DNA from: Cyanophora paradoxa CCMP329
Lineage: Eukaryota; Plantae; Glaucophyta
Assembly (NCBI GenBank): GCA_004431415.1
Contig: QPMI01000409.1
Location: 470,508 to 534,507 of the forward strand
Length of the DNA: 64,000 nt
Direction of reading: 5' to 3'
In this document: positions 54,845 through 64,000 of the stretch, one piece after another
Position numbering within the stretch: the first letter of the stretch is position 1
Layout: every line of letters begins with the position of its first letter
The notes under the pieces: model-generated
Seen by the model: the letters and a program-made list of their open reading frames with translations, nothing else
Told to the model about the DNA's origin: nothing
The model's database searches: none
Translations under genes and position numbers: made by a program

Positions 54845-56042
54845 CGCCGGATGCGAGCCGCATTCCGGGATCTTCGCGCGTGCACGGTTCCACTCCTCCT
54901 CTTCGGAAGACGACGTCCCGTCGCTTCCGGCGGTGCCCGCGGGGCGCCACCGTGGGAGGGGCCAGGCGCGGGCCCGGAGGGGCGGCTCGCAGCGGCGCCT
55001 TGCCCTTGTCCTTGCCGCGCGCGGCGGAGGACTCGGCTACGGAGGGCGCGGGCGCTTCCGTTGTCCGGACAGAGCAGCCAGGGCCTTCCAGCGGTGCTGG
55101 CGCCGGTGCAGGCGGGCGAGTGGCCCCGCTCGGCGAGGGCGCCGGCGGCTCAGCTGCCTCGGCAGCGAGATTTATTTGATTCCCGGAGGGATTGGTGGGG
55201 ACTGCGTTAGCCCCCTGGCGTGCAGCGCGAGCCGCGTGGCGCGGCGGCGTGCGGCGCGTTCAGCGCGGCGGCGGGCCTGGTGCGCTCGCGCTCCTCTGGC
55301 GAGGTCCAGCCAAGGTACCCGTCCTCGCGCTCGCGCTCAGAGTCGGTGTCCGAGGACACGGGCTCGTCACAAAGCGCGAGGCCCTCCATTGTGACAATGG
55401 GACGTCTTCGCCCTCACCGCCGTCGTCGCGCAGCATGCGGACGAACAAGGGAGGCGCGCTCGGCGCAGGCTCCTGCTCGGTGGCTACAGTCGCTTCGGAC
55501 TGCCGGGCGGCGGGTGCCGCGAAAATAGGCCCTGGAGCAGGGTGCTGGGGCGGCGTGGTGCCCTCAGCTGCCGTGTAAGCCGCAGCCGTTCGATTGGCTC
55601 GGCGGCGCATCGCGCGGAAGCCTTGCCCTCGCTTAGGGTAGAAGGCTCGCAGCGTGCGAATGAAAGAGTCGGCGACGGTGCGCGCCGACGCGTCGTCGGG
55701 CGGCGGGTCGAACCCAAAGTCGCCGGGCGGCAGGTTATTAGCCTCCGCCACCGCTACAATGGCCCCGGCGGGAAGCAGGACGGGCTCATTGGCGGGATTT
55801 ACTAGTCGCACGTGCAGGCTGCCGCCCTCGGCAGGCCGGCGGTGCAACTGGTGGGGCGCGAGTACCCCGAGCGCTGACAGGGAGTCAGGCGCCGGCCCGA
55901 CGGCGAGCGTCGGGCCTGGTCCGCTGGCGGCGCAGGCCGTCCAACACGCAGCGGACCATCCACTCGCGGGCGTCCTTTAGGACGACGGGCGGAGCACCCG
56001 GACAAGGAGAGGCCCTTTGATTGTCCGGGCACAGAAAAGGGA

Positions 56043-56945
56043 TCACGTGGGGCGGAAGTGCGCGTCGCGCGCGTGCAGGCACCAGCCCGAGCTGGTGGTG
56101 TCAATCCGCCCCTCGATCCTCATGATCGTGCCGATGCCCAGGAGCATGTCGGCGTTCGGGCCAAGCGAGCCGTCAGGGACGACGTACACCGCTCGCGAGA
56201 CGTACACGTCGCCGAAGCGCAGCACGACATGAGCAATCTCAGCCGTGATCGTGGCGTGGTGAAGGAAGGCCCGGAGGACCTTCACACCCGTGTAGCGCGT
56301 GCCGGGCGGCATGTGCTTTTTCTCGCCAACGTCTCCCATTGCGCCAGTGTCAAAAATGAATTTGACGCGCGTGCTCTCGCCGAGCGTGCCGTCGGCATGC
56401 AAGGCATAGACGAAGCCCGGGCACTGCAGGAGCAGGCGCCGGAAATCGTGCGGGAGACCGTTGATCCCGTCGATAACCTTCGCGATCGGGACCGGGGCGT
56501 TCAGGCGGCCGTCGGGCGCGCCATCCGGGGACTCCGGGACTGCGAGGTCCGTGGGGCGGTCGGGGCCGTAGCCCACGAGTTCGTCAGGCTCAGGAGCCTG
56601 GAAGTGCAGCGCGGCGCGCTGCTTGCTGGAGCGGGCGTGGAGCCCCTCGGAGCGGCTCGTCGGAGCGGCGGAGGACTTGCGATCCGCTCCGTCGACGACT
56701 GGCGTCGGCTCGCTGCTGGCAGCGGCGGAGGCCAAGGCGCGCTCGGCGATGGCCCGCGGCTGCAGTGCAGCGCGCGTCGCGAAGTCATCCTCATCGTCAC
56801 CATCGCCGTAGATACGGAGAATGGCGCGGTGGGCGGGGCGGCAGCGGCCCTCGGCTGTGGCCTCCTGGGCGAGGCCAATGAGGCGCAGCAGTTCAGCTTC
56901 AATGCGGTCGAACTGCTCCATGCCCGGGTAATTTGCGGCCCACAC
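56043..56945 (-). CDS. Retroviral-type aspartic protease region
   Basis: VKFIFDTGA active-site motif and downstream DMLLGI motif, located upstream of RT. Confidence 0.8.
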   Translation of the reverse strand: MWAANYPGMEQFDRIEAELLRLIGLAQEATAEGRCRPAHRAILRIYGDGDDEDDFATRAALQPRAIAERALASAAASSEPTPVVDGADRKSSAAPTSRSEGLHARSSKQRAALHFQAPEPDELVGYGPDRPTDLAVPESPDGAPDGRLNAPVPIAKVIDGINGLPHDFRRLLLQCPGFVYALHADGTLGESTRVKFIFDTGAMGDVGEKKHMPPGTRYTGVKVLRAFLHHATITAEIAHVVLRFGDVYVSRAVYVVPDGSLGPNADMLLGIGTIMRIEGRIDTTSSGWCLHARDAHFRPT

Positions 56946-56949
56946 CGTC

Positions 56950-59300
56950 GCAGCGGCGTTCCGTGCCGCCCAAGAGGCGCCGCTCGCAAGGTGGTGCCGG
57001 TGAGATCATGGCCCGCGGCCGTGGCAATCTCATCGAGCATTTCAGACAAGACGGCCGGCTGGGCATTGCGCTCGAGCAGGAGCCGCAGCCGCGCGCGCCA
57101 GTTCTTGGCGGCCTGGTAGTGGCACTGCCCACATTCTCGTCCGTGGCCGGCGGGCCTGGCCGGAGCTCGAGCTGGCCGCGGGACCCGCAGGCGGGTACAT
57201 GAGGCCGTGCGGCCAGTAATAGCCGTGCGGGCCGGCGATTTGCGGCAAGAGTGGGGCGGCGGCAACCCCCAGCCGGGTACGCGCGGCGGGGGCGGGCCAT
57301 CGACGCCGGGTACGGGTACGGGAACGGCGCGGGGCCAATTCCGCGGTGGACTGGGCAGCAACGCGGGCGCGCTTGCTGCGGCGCTCAGCCTCGGCGAGGA
57401 GGCGCTGGCGCGTGTCCTCGGCCGGGTCCGGCTCGAACTCAAGGCCATGCTGGCGGGCATAGGCAGTGAATTCGGCGTCGTCCATGTCGGCCAGGTCGAG
57501 GACTCAGGTCCCGTAGACGAGGCGCTGGGCACGGTGCGCGAACGGTCACGCGACTGCCCTGCAGGATACGCGGCCGCTCGCGGCGCTGGCCGGTGGCGCC
57601 CGGCGGCTGCGTGCGCGTCGGGGCAGGCGAGCTCGACGACTCCTGCCGGGGCGACTCGGTGCGCTCGCGGGAAGCGGCGGCCTCGCGGCTCTGGCGGCGC
57701 CCGCGGCGGTCGCGGGAGCGCTCGCGCTTTGGCTCGCTCTTCTTCCTCGAGGGCGAGGGCGTGGCCGAGCGCTTGGGGGCAGGGCTGGGCTCGCGGGAGC
57801 CAGAGCCCGTGGTGCCCGAGGCAGAGGACGATGCCGCAGGCTTCGCCGGGGCGGCCGCTGCCACGGCGTGGTCGGCCTGCTGCTGGGCGCGCAAGCTCGG
57901 GGGCAGATCCTCTGCCGTGTACCCGTTCCAGTTCTGGAGCAGCTCGGCGCGCAGCCGGTAGTGGAACGGCGTGATTGCCGCCACCGTGTCGCCGAGGTCG
58001 CTGGCCTCGGGGGGCGCAGGGAACGGCGCCGCGCCTTGCTGGGCGACAGTGTCCAGGGCAGGGGCGGGATAGAGGTCGGAGACCATAATCCGCTTCGCCT
58101 TCACGCCCGTGAAGATGGGCCAGAGGACGTCATTGATCTTCTGAACCCAGTTCAGGAGAGCCGAGGCGATGGGCTCCTGGCCCGCGAGCGTCGCGCCAGC
58201 AACGAGGTGCCTGGCGGCCCACGTATCGCGCTCGACGTGGCAGTACTGGCGCATGCCGTGCGCCGCTACCCGAGCGGGCAGGATGCGCTCAAGGCGGCGG
58301 ACGGAGAGGAGGGCTCGTCCTCCTGCTCGTACTTGGCGAGAACAGCGCGCAGCTGCTTCGTCGCCGGCAGGCCCCAGATCTGCAGCAGGGCGTCCGAGAG
58401 GCGCTTGCTGGCGTCTGCCGCGTTGTCCAGCCAGGACGTATGCGTGGCGTTGGGGCGCGGCAGGTCTGGCATCGAGAGCCAGAACGCCGTTGTCAGCGGG
58501 AGCTGAGAGGCGATGACGAGAGCTGCGGTCTCGTCAATCGACTCGCCGAGCTGGCCGCTCTTGAGGTGCTGCAGGACGGCGTAAAGCTCGTCGCCGTCAG
58601 CGGAACGTGCATGGGCCCCAGCTGCTGCCTCGGCCGCGGAACGAGTGGCCGGGTCGGCGCGGTAGCAGGTGGACCACATGAACTCGTATATGGCCGTCGG
58701 CCCCACAATGTGCATTTGGGGGTTGAATCCCTTGGTCGGCGCGGGCCGGGGCTGGTCGGGCAGCTCGTGCCCCAGCACCCAGGCAGCCATGCTGTTCACA
58801 TACCCCGCAAGCAGGGATGCGACGAACTCCCGGGCGGCAACGGGACCACGTGGGTCCGTGCTTCTGCACGCCCGGGCAGACAACCGGGTACTTCCGGTGC
58901 CCGCGGTCCTTCGGATCGACGAGCGGGCGGGGCCGCTCGAATCCGAGCACGAACACGCGCCGAGGGAGGCGGTCGTACTGGCGACGCGCCTCGGAGGGCG
59001 GGGCGTGCTGCATGGCCACGTGGGCAGGACCAAGCGAGCAGCGCGTGGCATTCGTGCCGACGGGATCGCCCATGACATCGACGTTGTTCACGTCGAGCTC
59101 AGTGCTCACGTGCTTCTCGCCCGTCTGGATCGGGGTGCCTGGCAGGAGGCCGCGGACCCGGCATCGGGCTGGGCGACGCCACGGATGCCGAAGCCCCTGC
59201 CGAAGCGGGGCTCGTGGAACACGACCAAGCGCTGCCCACGCTTGGCGCGGTTGACCCCGATGGGCGCCTCGAACGTGTGCGGGCGAGCGAGGTATGCCTT
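56950..59300 (-). CDS. Atypically long gag-like region (frameshifted; cut at the nested insertion)
   Basis: Intron-less coding-like frames 58597-59300, 58266-59078, 57439-58254 and 57042-57485 lie directly upstream of PR, with a helical capsid-like stretch and an Arg/Ser-rich segment. Assigned mainly by position. Confidence 0.55.
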
Positions 59301-59327
59301 GCAGAAACCTTCTCCGGTGTAAATTTG

Positions 59328-59543
59328 ACACAGAATCGCACAGAAAAGCACAGCATAGCACGGGAAAGCACGGCATAGCACAGAAAAGCACGGAAGAACA
59401 CAGGAAAGCACAGGTTGCACAGAAAAGCACAAGGAAGGCACAGGTCGGCATGGGTGGGCACAGGCTGACATGGGTAGGCACAGGGAACATGGGTAAACAT
59501 GGGTGAACATGGGTAAACAGCGATTGCACGGGTAAACACAGGA
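59328..59543 (+). repeat. Left subterminal array of ~10-bp units (RCAYRGNNNN)
   Basis: gcacagaaaa gcacagcata gcacgggaaa ... acatgggtag gcacagggaac atgggtaaac atgggtgaac. Confidence 0.85.
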
Positions 59544-60037
59544 GTATAATTTATTAATTGAAGATGTTTATTAGAATAAATCTACATAATTATAATTTTA
59601 ATTTGCGCGGTGGGCGCCGGCGCGCCTCCGGGCCGGGCACGAGGCGTACTGCAAGGCCGGGCAGCAGCAGACGGCGGCGGGCCGGCTCGCGGATGCGCCG
59701 GAGGCGCGGCGGGCGGCGGCACGGCTCGCCCAGTCGGGGCGGACGCGTGCTGGACGGCGTTGCAGCGTGGTCGGCAGTGGCGCGGCTCGCGGGACGGAGC
59801 TGCGGCGTGGCAGGCAGCGGCGTTGCTCTCTCCGCACAGCGCCAATGCAGCTATTGTTAACGTTGTATGCCATGGGCAGCTTGTTTTAGCTAAAGCTAGT
59901 TTTGCATGCCAGGGGAAATTTTCCAAGCTCTCTCTCTTCTCTTTTAGCTCAGCCATGTACATGCTTGTTGCTTCGAATTCGCTGCGAACTAACAAACAAG
60001 CTTGAGCAAGATCTAGCTATATACATAAATTAAAGGC

Positions 60038-60660
60038 ACGTATGAAGAATGGGCACGCTCCGCCGCCACGGGGTATGAAGAATGGGCACGCTCCGCCGCC
60101 GCCCGCGGCCGCCGGCGTTCCGCCTTAGCCTATCTTGCTGCCAAATGCCGAGAATCCACCCCGCCCCGGCAAGGCGCGAGCCACGCCGCAACATGCCGAG
60201 CCTGCACTCCGCCCCGTCCGGCGAGCCGCGCCGCCGCCCGCCGCGCCTCCGCCCCGTACAGCGAGCCGACCGCGGCGCCCCTGCCCGTCCAGCGAGCCGC
60301 GCCGCCGCCCGCCGGGCCTCCGCCCCGTACAGCAAGCCGCACCGGCGCCCCTGCGCCGGCGCCCGGCCGCGCCCCGGCCCGGCCAAGCCACGCAGCTCCG
60401 CCCGGCCCCGCCCGGGTGCGGGACTCCTTTCGCGGCGGGTGTCGGCGGCGGCGCGGGGCGGCTCGCTGGGACGGCGGCGCAGCGGGCGGCGACGCGGCTT
60501 GCCGGCGCCGCCCCGTTCCGCGAGCCGCCCCGCTGCCCGCTGCGCCGCCGCTCCGTCCCGCGAGCCGCGCCGCCGCCCGCCGCGCCGCCGCCCCGTCCCG
60601 CGAGCCGTGCCGCCGCCGTCCGCTGCTGCCCGTGCGGCGAGCCGCGCCGCCGAAGGCCGC
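60038..60660. repeat. Internal GC-rich repeats of the TIR element
   Basis: Tandem duplication of GTATGAAGAATGGGCACGCTCCGCCGCC (60040-60100) and many GCGAGCCG(C/T)GCCGCCG units, with inverted copies at ~59715-59810 and ~60455-60470. Confidence 0.6.
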
Positions 60661-63600
60661 GCCGGGTTACGTCCTGCGCATCGTCAGCTATGCATTCGCG
60701 CGCCGCTGGCCCAAGCTATGCTTGGGAGGCGCACCCGAGACAACCGCCAATCGGGAGTTCGGCGTCGTTCCGCGCGCACGCAGCGCCCGGCGAGTCCAGA
60801 CCCACATGCACTGCGGGCCGGGCCCATCTTAGAGGAACGCTTCGCGCATGGAAGCGTGCGAGAGCTCGAAGTCAGCGGCGGCCAGCGTGCCGCCCAACCG
60901 TCGACGCGTTGAACGCTCCTAACAGGCCGCGGGTCAGAGACGGCGATCTGCGGGCGTGAGTGAGACGTACGGCGAGTAACCGACAGGTAGGCGAGGAACT
61001 GGCGAGCACGGCGAGTACGGGCGGTTGGGAACAAGCAAGTCAGCGCGCGGGGCGCGCGGATGCAGTCAAGGCGGAGGCCAGTCCTGCGCAACACCCTCTG
61101 GCTGGCGAAATAGCCGCGCGCTGCGTGCCACGAGCGGCGCCAAGTCTGCGAGGTGCGACGCGCATCTGGCCGAGCACGAAGGGAGCTGGAGTGGAAGCTG
61201 AGGAGCTGCAGACTCTGCACTGCAGCCAGCGAGCGAACTTGAGGCCAAGGGCGCAAGCGCAGCAGCTGCAGCTGGCACCGCTGGTATCGTCCGTAAAAAA
61301 AGGGGGGGGAAGGAATGACGGCCATTATCGTCGAATTTCCTTGAAAAATGCATTTCGGGCTGCTACATGTGCGAACAGTGAGCGAATGCTTCGTTTGTTG
61401 TATTTAGGCACATAGTAATTGTTTCAGCACTAAGCTGTGACTCTTGACCCTCTGAACGCACTCTCTTGTGGCTGAAATCAAGGGGGGCAAAAAAGTGAAA
61501 ATGACCAATCAGTCTCTGCAGAAGCGCATCCATATGATCTCAAGCACTCCTGAAGTAAGGTATTGATTATATGAGTGATTTAAAGCCGCTTTCGGAAGGC
61601 CCAATACGAGTTTTCGCTGAGATCATGCAGGGGCCATGGTTGAAACATGCAATGCTCTCACGGGTTGCCAGCATCGACTCAAGACACGCTAAATACCTCT
61701 TTAGAAAGCCCTTAACTTCCAGATTACAGGAATAAATTTTTTGTCCGGTCTGCCGATTCCCGGAACGTCGGTGCACCTTCATGTGTCTCACTGAGCACAT
61801 CATGAGCACAGTCTGGTGACTTGATGAACAGCTCATCTTCTCTTCAGTACTGAAAGAAGTCATTCCTGGAATTGCTGATTACCGTCAAAATGAAGTCGTC
61901 AAAGCTTTCGAGGGTCCTCTCTCTGATTTTGAAACAATCCGAGTTTAGATCTAAAGCCATTAGGCGCTAGCACCTTTTTTTGCCAAGGGGGGGGGCTGTG
62001 ACTCATTAAGCTGCACGAGCACCAGCAATGCGTGCCACGTCATGAACTGCTCCTTATAGAGAGGGTTCGATGCATTGGAAGGCGGATCGAAGCGAGGAAC
62101 GCACATGACCAGACCTAGGCCTAGGCCTAGGCCGGTCTCCAAGGGAATTCGTTGTCGTACCCCGGGTCCCAACTTGCCGACCGGCGACCGGCCGCGGTGA
62201 CTGCGTCGGCTGGCCCTCGCGGCGGCAGACGGCCTTGCCAGATAGTTGCAACTCCTGGCAGCACGGCGGCTCGGTGCGTCGGTTCTGGGCTTCGCCGCGC
62301 AGCCGGACTCCCTGACTCTGCGAACAGGCCGAGCAGCGGTGCTGTTGCCGCAGCGAACGCGGCCACTTTGAGAGAGAACGATGCACCTCTTGCGCCTTGA
62401 GGCTCTCGCCCGGCTCGTGCTGGGTCTGATTTCAAACGCAGACTGTCGCTGCCCCTGCTGCTGGGTTCGGCCGCGGCCGCGAACGCTCTCGAACGCGTCG
62501 TTTTCGACCTCCTTCCTCCCTTAATCTCTACTCGTTGCCCGGCCGCCGCCGGTCAGCTTATGTTGCTTTGACAGGCCCGCGCAGAAAGGCGAGGCCCCTG
62601 CCGATGCGAAGCAAGGTGTTTCTGGTTTCCGTCTGTTTCCTTCGATCGCTCATCCCGCTTGCATGTCAGGGAACACGCACGACCGAGCCCCGCGAGCACG
62701 GCCAAGTGGCGGCCGCGACTTGCTCGCTGGCACTCTTGGCGGCCGGGCGGGAAGCGGTCCCGCTGGTCAAGAAACCTCGCGGACGATGCTAACGCACGAG
62801 CCTCGCTAACACGGCGCGCTTCGCCCGGTTCCGGGTCCTGTCTCTTCCAACACTCGCAGCTCGCCTGGCTCCTTCTCCCGCAGGCTAGGTGCTCGTTCTT
62901 GTTTCCGCTACTCTCGCCTTGATCTTGTTCTGACACCGGGGACGCGCGCAGCGCAGCGGGTGCCGTTCACGCGCGGCCAGCATCTCGCACTTCTTGCTGC
63001 GGGAGCTCGGACGGGTGCGGTCTTTTCGCAGGCGCGCGTTCTTCTCCTCTTTCGCTTGACGCTCCGAGCGCAGCGAGCGCCTCGTCCTCGCCCTCGGCTA
63101 CGGGCGGGGATGGTGCCGCTGTCACTCCGGATCCGTTCTTCTGCCACTTCTCTTTGCCGAGGTGCACAGCCGCGCGCGCGCATGCCAACCTTGTCTCTTT
63201 CTGTTCGAGCGTTCGCTGACCGCGACGCGCACAGCGCAACGAGCGCCGCGAGGTGCCGCATGACCTTGTGCGGGTTGCATCACTTTACGTCTGAGCCGGT
63301 CTGCTAGCGCTGCTCCCTCTACTTGCCGAGGCGCACAGCTCGTTTTTGACACTCGCGTGCTCGCAGCGACCAGCGATTGTCCTGCTAGCAGGGCAGCGGG
63401 TCAGGAGCTCGCTGTTTTCGGGAGTATGGCTCAGAGGTAGGGGGCAGCAGCTGCAACTCGTTTTCTCAATGCTAGCTATTGATAGGGCTGCGCTGCCTTC
63501 GCGCACATGCATTTTTTGCTGGCAATGCGTTTTCTGTATGACTGCTTTCTGCATATAAGTAGTGGTGGGAGCTTCGGAGAGCAGCGGCCCTGCCCGGGCT

Positions 63601-63794
63601 TTCGAAGCCTGCGCATGCGCATCCCCATATGCAGGGTGCCCTCGGACCGGGGCCGGCGCCGGCGCCCTGGCCTGGTCCAGGCCGCGGCCGGCCACGGCCG
63701 GCCCCGACTAATTTGATTTCTCGAAGTTGAGATAATTTTTAACTTTAATTATAATAATAATTTTGATTTTTCATGCAGAATATTAATATCCGTA

Positions 63795-63986
63795 AAACAC
63801 AGGGTTGCACAGAAACACAGGGTTGCACGTTAAACACAGGTCTACATGGATAAACGCCGGTTTGCATGGGTAAACACAGGGAACATGGGTAGGCACAGTG
63901 GGACACGGGTAGGCACAGGTTTACATGGGTGGGCACAGGTGGACACAGGTCGACACAGGTCGACACAGATTGCACCAGATTGCACG
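63795..63986 (+). repeat. Right subterminal array of the same ~10-bp units, same orientation as the left array
   Basis: acacagggaac atgggtag gcacagtggg acacgggtag gcacaggttt acatgggtgg gcacaggtgg acacaggtcg acacaggtcg acacagatt. Confidence 0.85.
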
Positions 63987-64000
63987 GAGAAGGTTTCGGC

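Larger units (their letters stand above)
49145..59300 (-). mobile_element. Ty3/Gypsy LTR retrotransposon (gag-PR-RT-RH-IN), frameshifted; 5' end displaced by a nested TIR element
   Basis: Domain order PR-RT-RH-IN on the minus strand, with a 3' LTR and PPT at the left end. The second LTR is not visible in the window. Confidence 0.92.
59301..64000. mobile_element. Putative non-autonomous TIR DNA transposon (~4.7 kb) nested in the Gypsy gag
   Basis: GCAGAAACCTTCTCCG at 59301-59316 versus the reverse complement of 63985-64000, GCCGAAACCTTCTCCG (15/16). Both ends carry 10-mer arrays followed inward by AT-rich spacers. No transposase recognised; TSD not visible. Confidence 0.7.

Noticed and set aside
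59328-59543. Regular repeat array as CRISPR or telomeric repeat
   Set aside because: Degenerate 10-mers without unique spacers, no cas genes, eukaryotic context, and paired with a second array and TIRs.
60900-63700. Short ORFs inside the TIR element as a transposase
   Set aside because: No DDE, HUH or tyrosine-recombinase motif was recognised and the frames are short and broken; possibly decayed cargo.

Overview
Very GC-rich, intron-dense eukaryotic DNA. An MA-x-x-FV plastid-type transit peptide and the intron style suggest a glaucophyte such as Cyanophora; this is inference. Most long ORFs in the track are intron read-through or antisense shadows, so gene models were rebuilt by hand-splicing. 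Gene order: 3' end of an AIP1/WDR1-like WD40 gene (+); SRP68 (-); a Yme2/archaeal-ATPase-like P-loop protein (-) head-to-head with an RsfS/Iojap protein (+), both probably mitochondrial; a TA-flanked MITE; an ABCC/MRP transporter (+); a probably plastid-targeted acetyl-CoA synthetase with Campylobacterota-like motifs (-) head-to-head with an M13 peptidase (+); an unusual receptor-like K+ channel (+); a bZIP factor (+); an ARM-like protein (-); and PPDK (+). The K+ channel combines a signal peptide, a beta-rich ectodomain with a TSP3-type Ca-binding repeat, an extra TM helix and a 6TM voltage-gated core. PPDK is cut mid-exon by a Ty3/Gypsy LTR element (-), whose gag is in turn interrupted by a ~4.7 kb TIR element with 10-bp-phased subterminal arrays. 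Window-wide oddities are frequent GC-AG introns, chains of overlapping short palindromes in non-coding DNA, and scattered 1-nt indels that are probably assembly errors.
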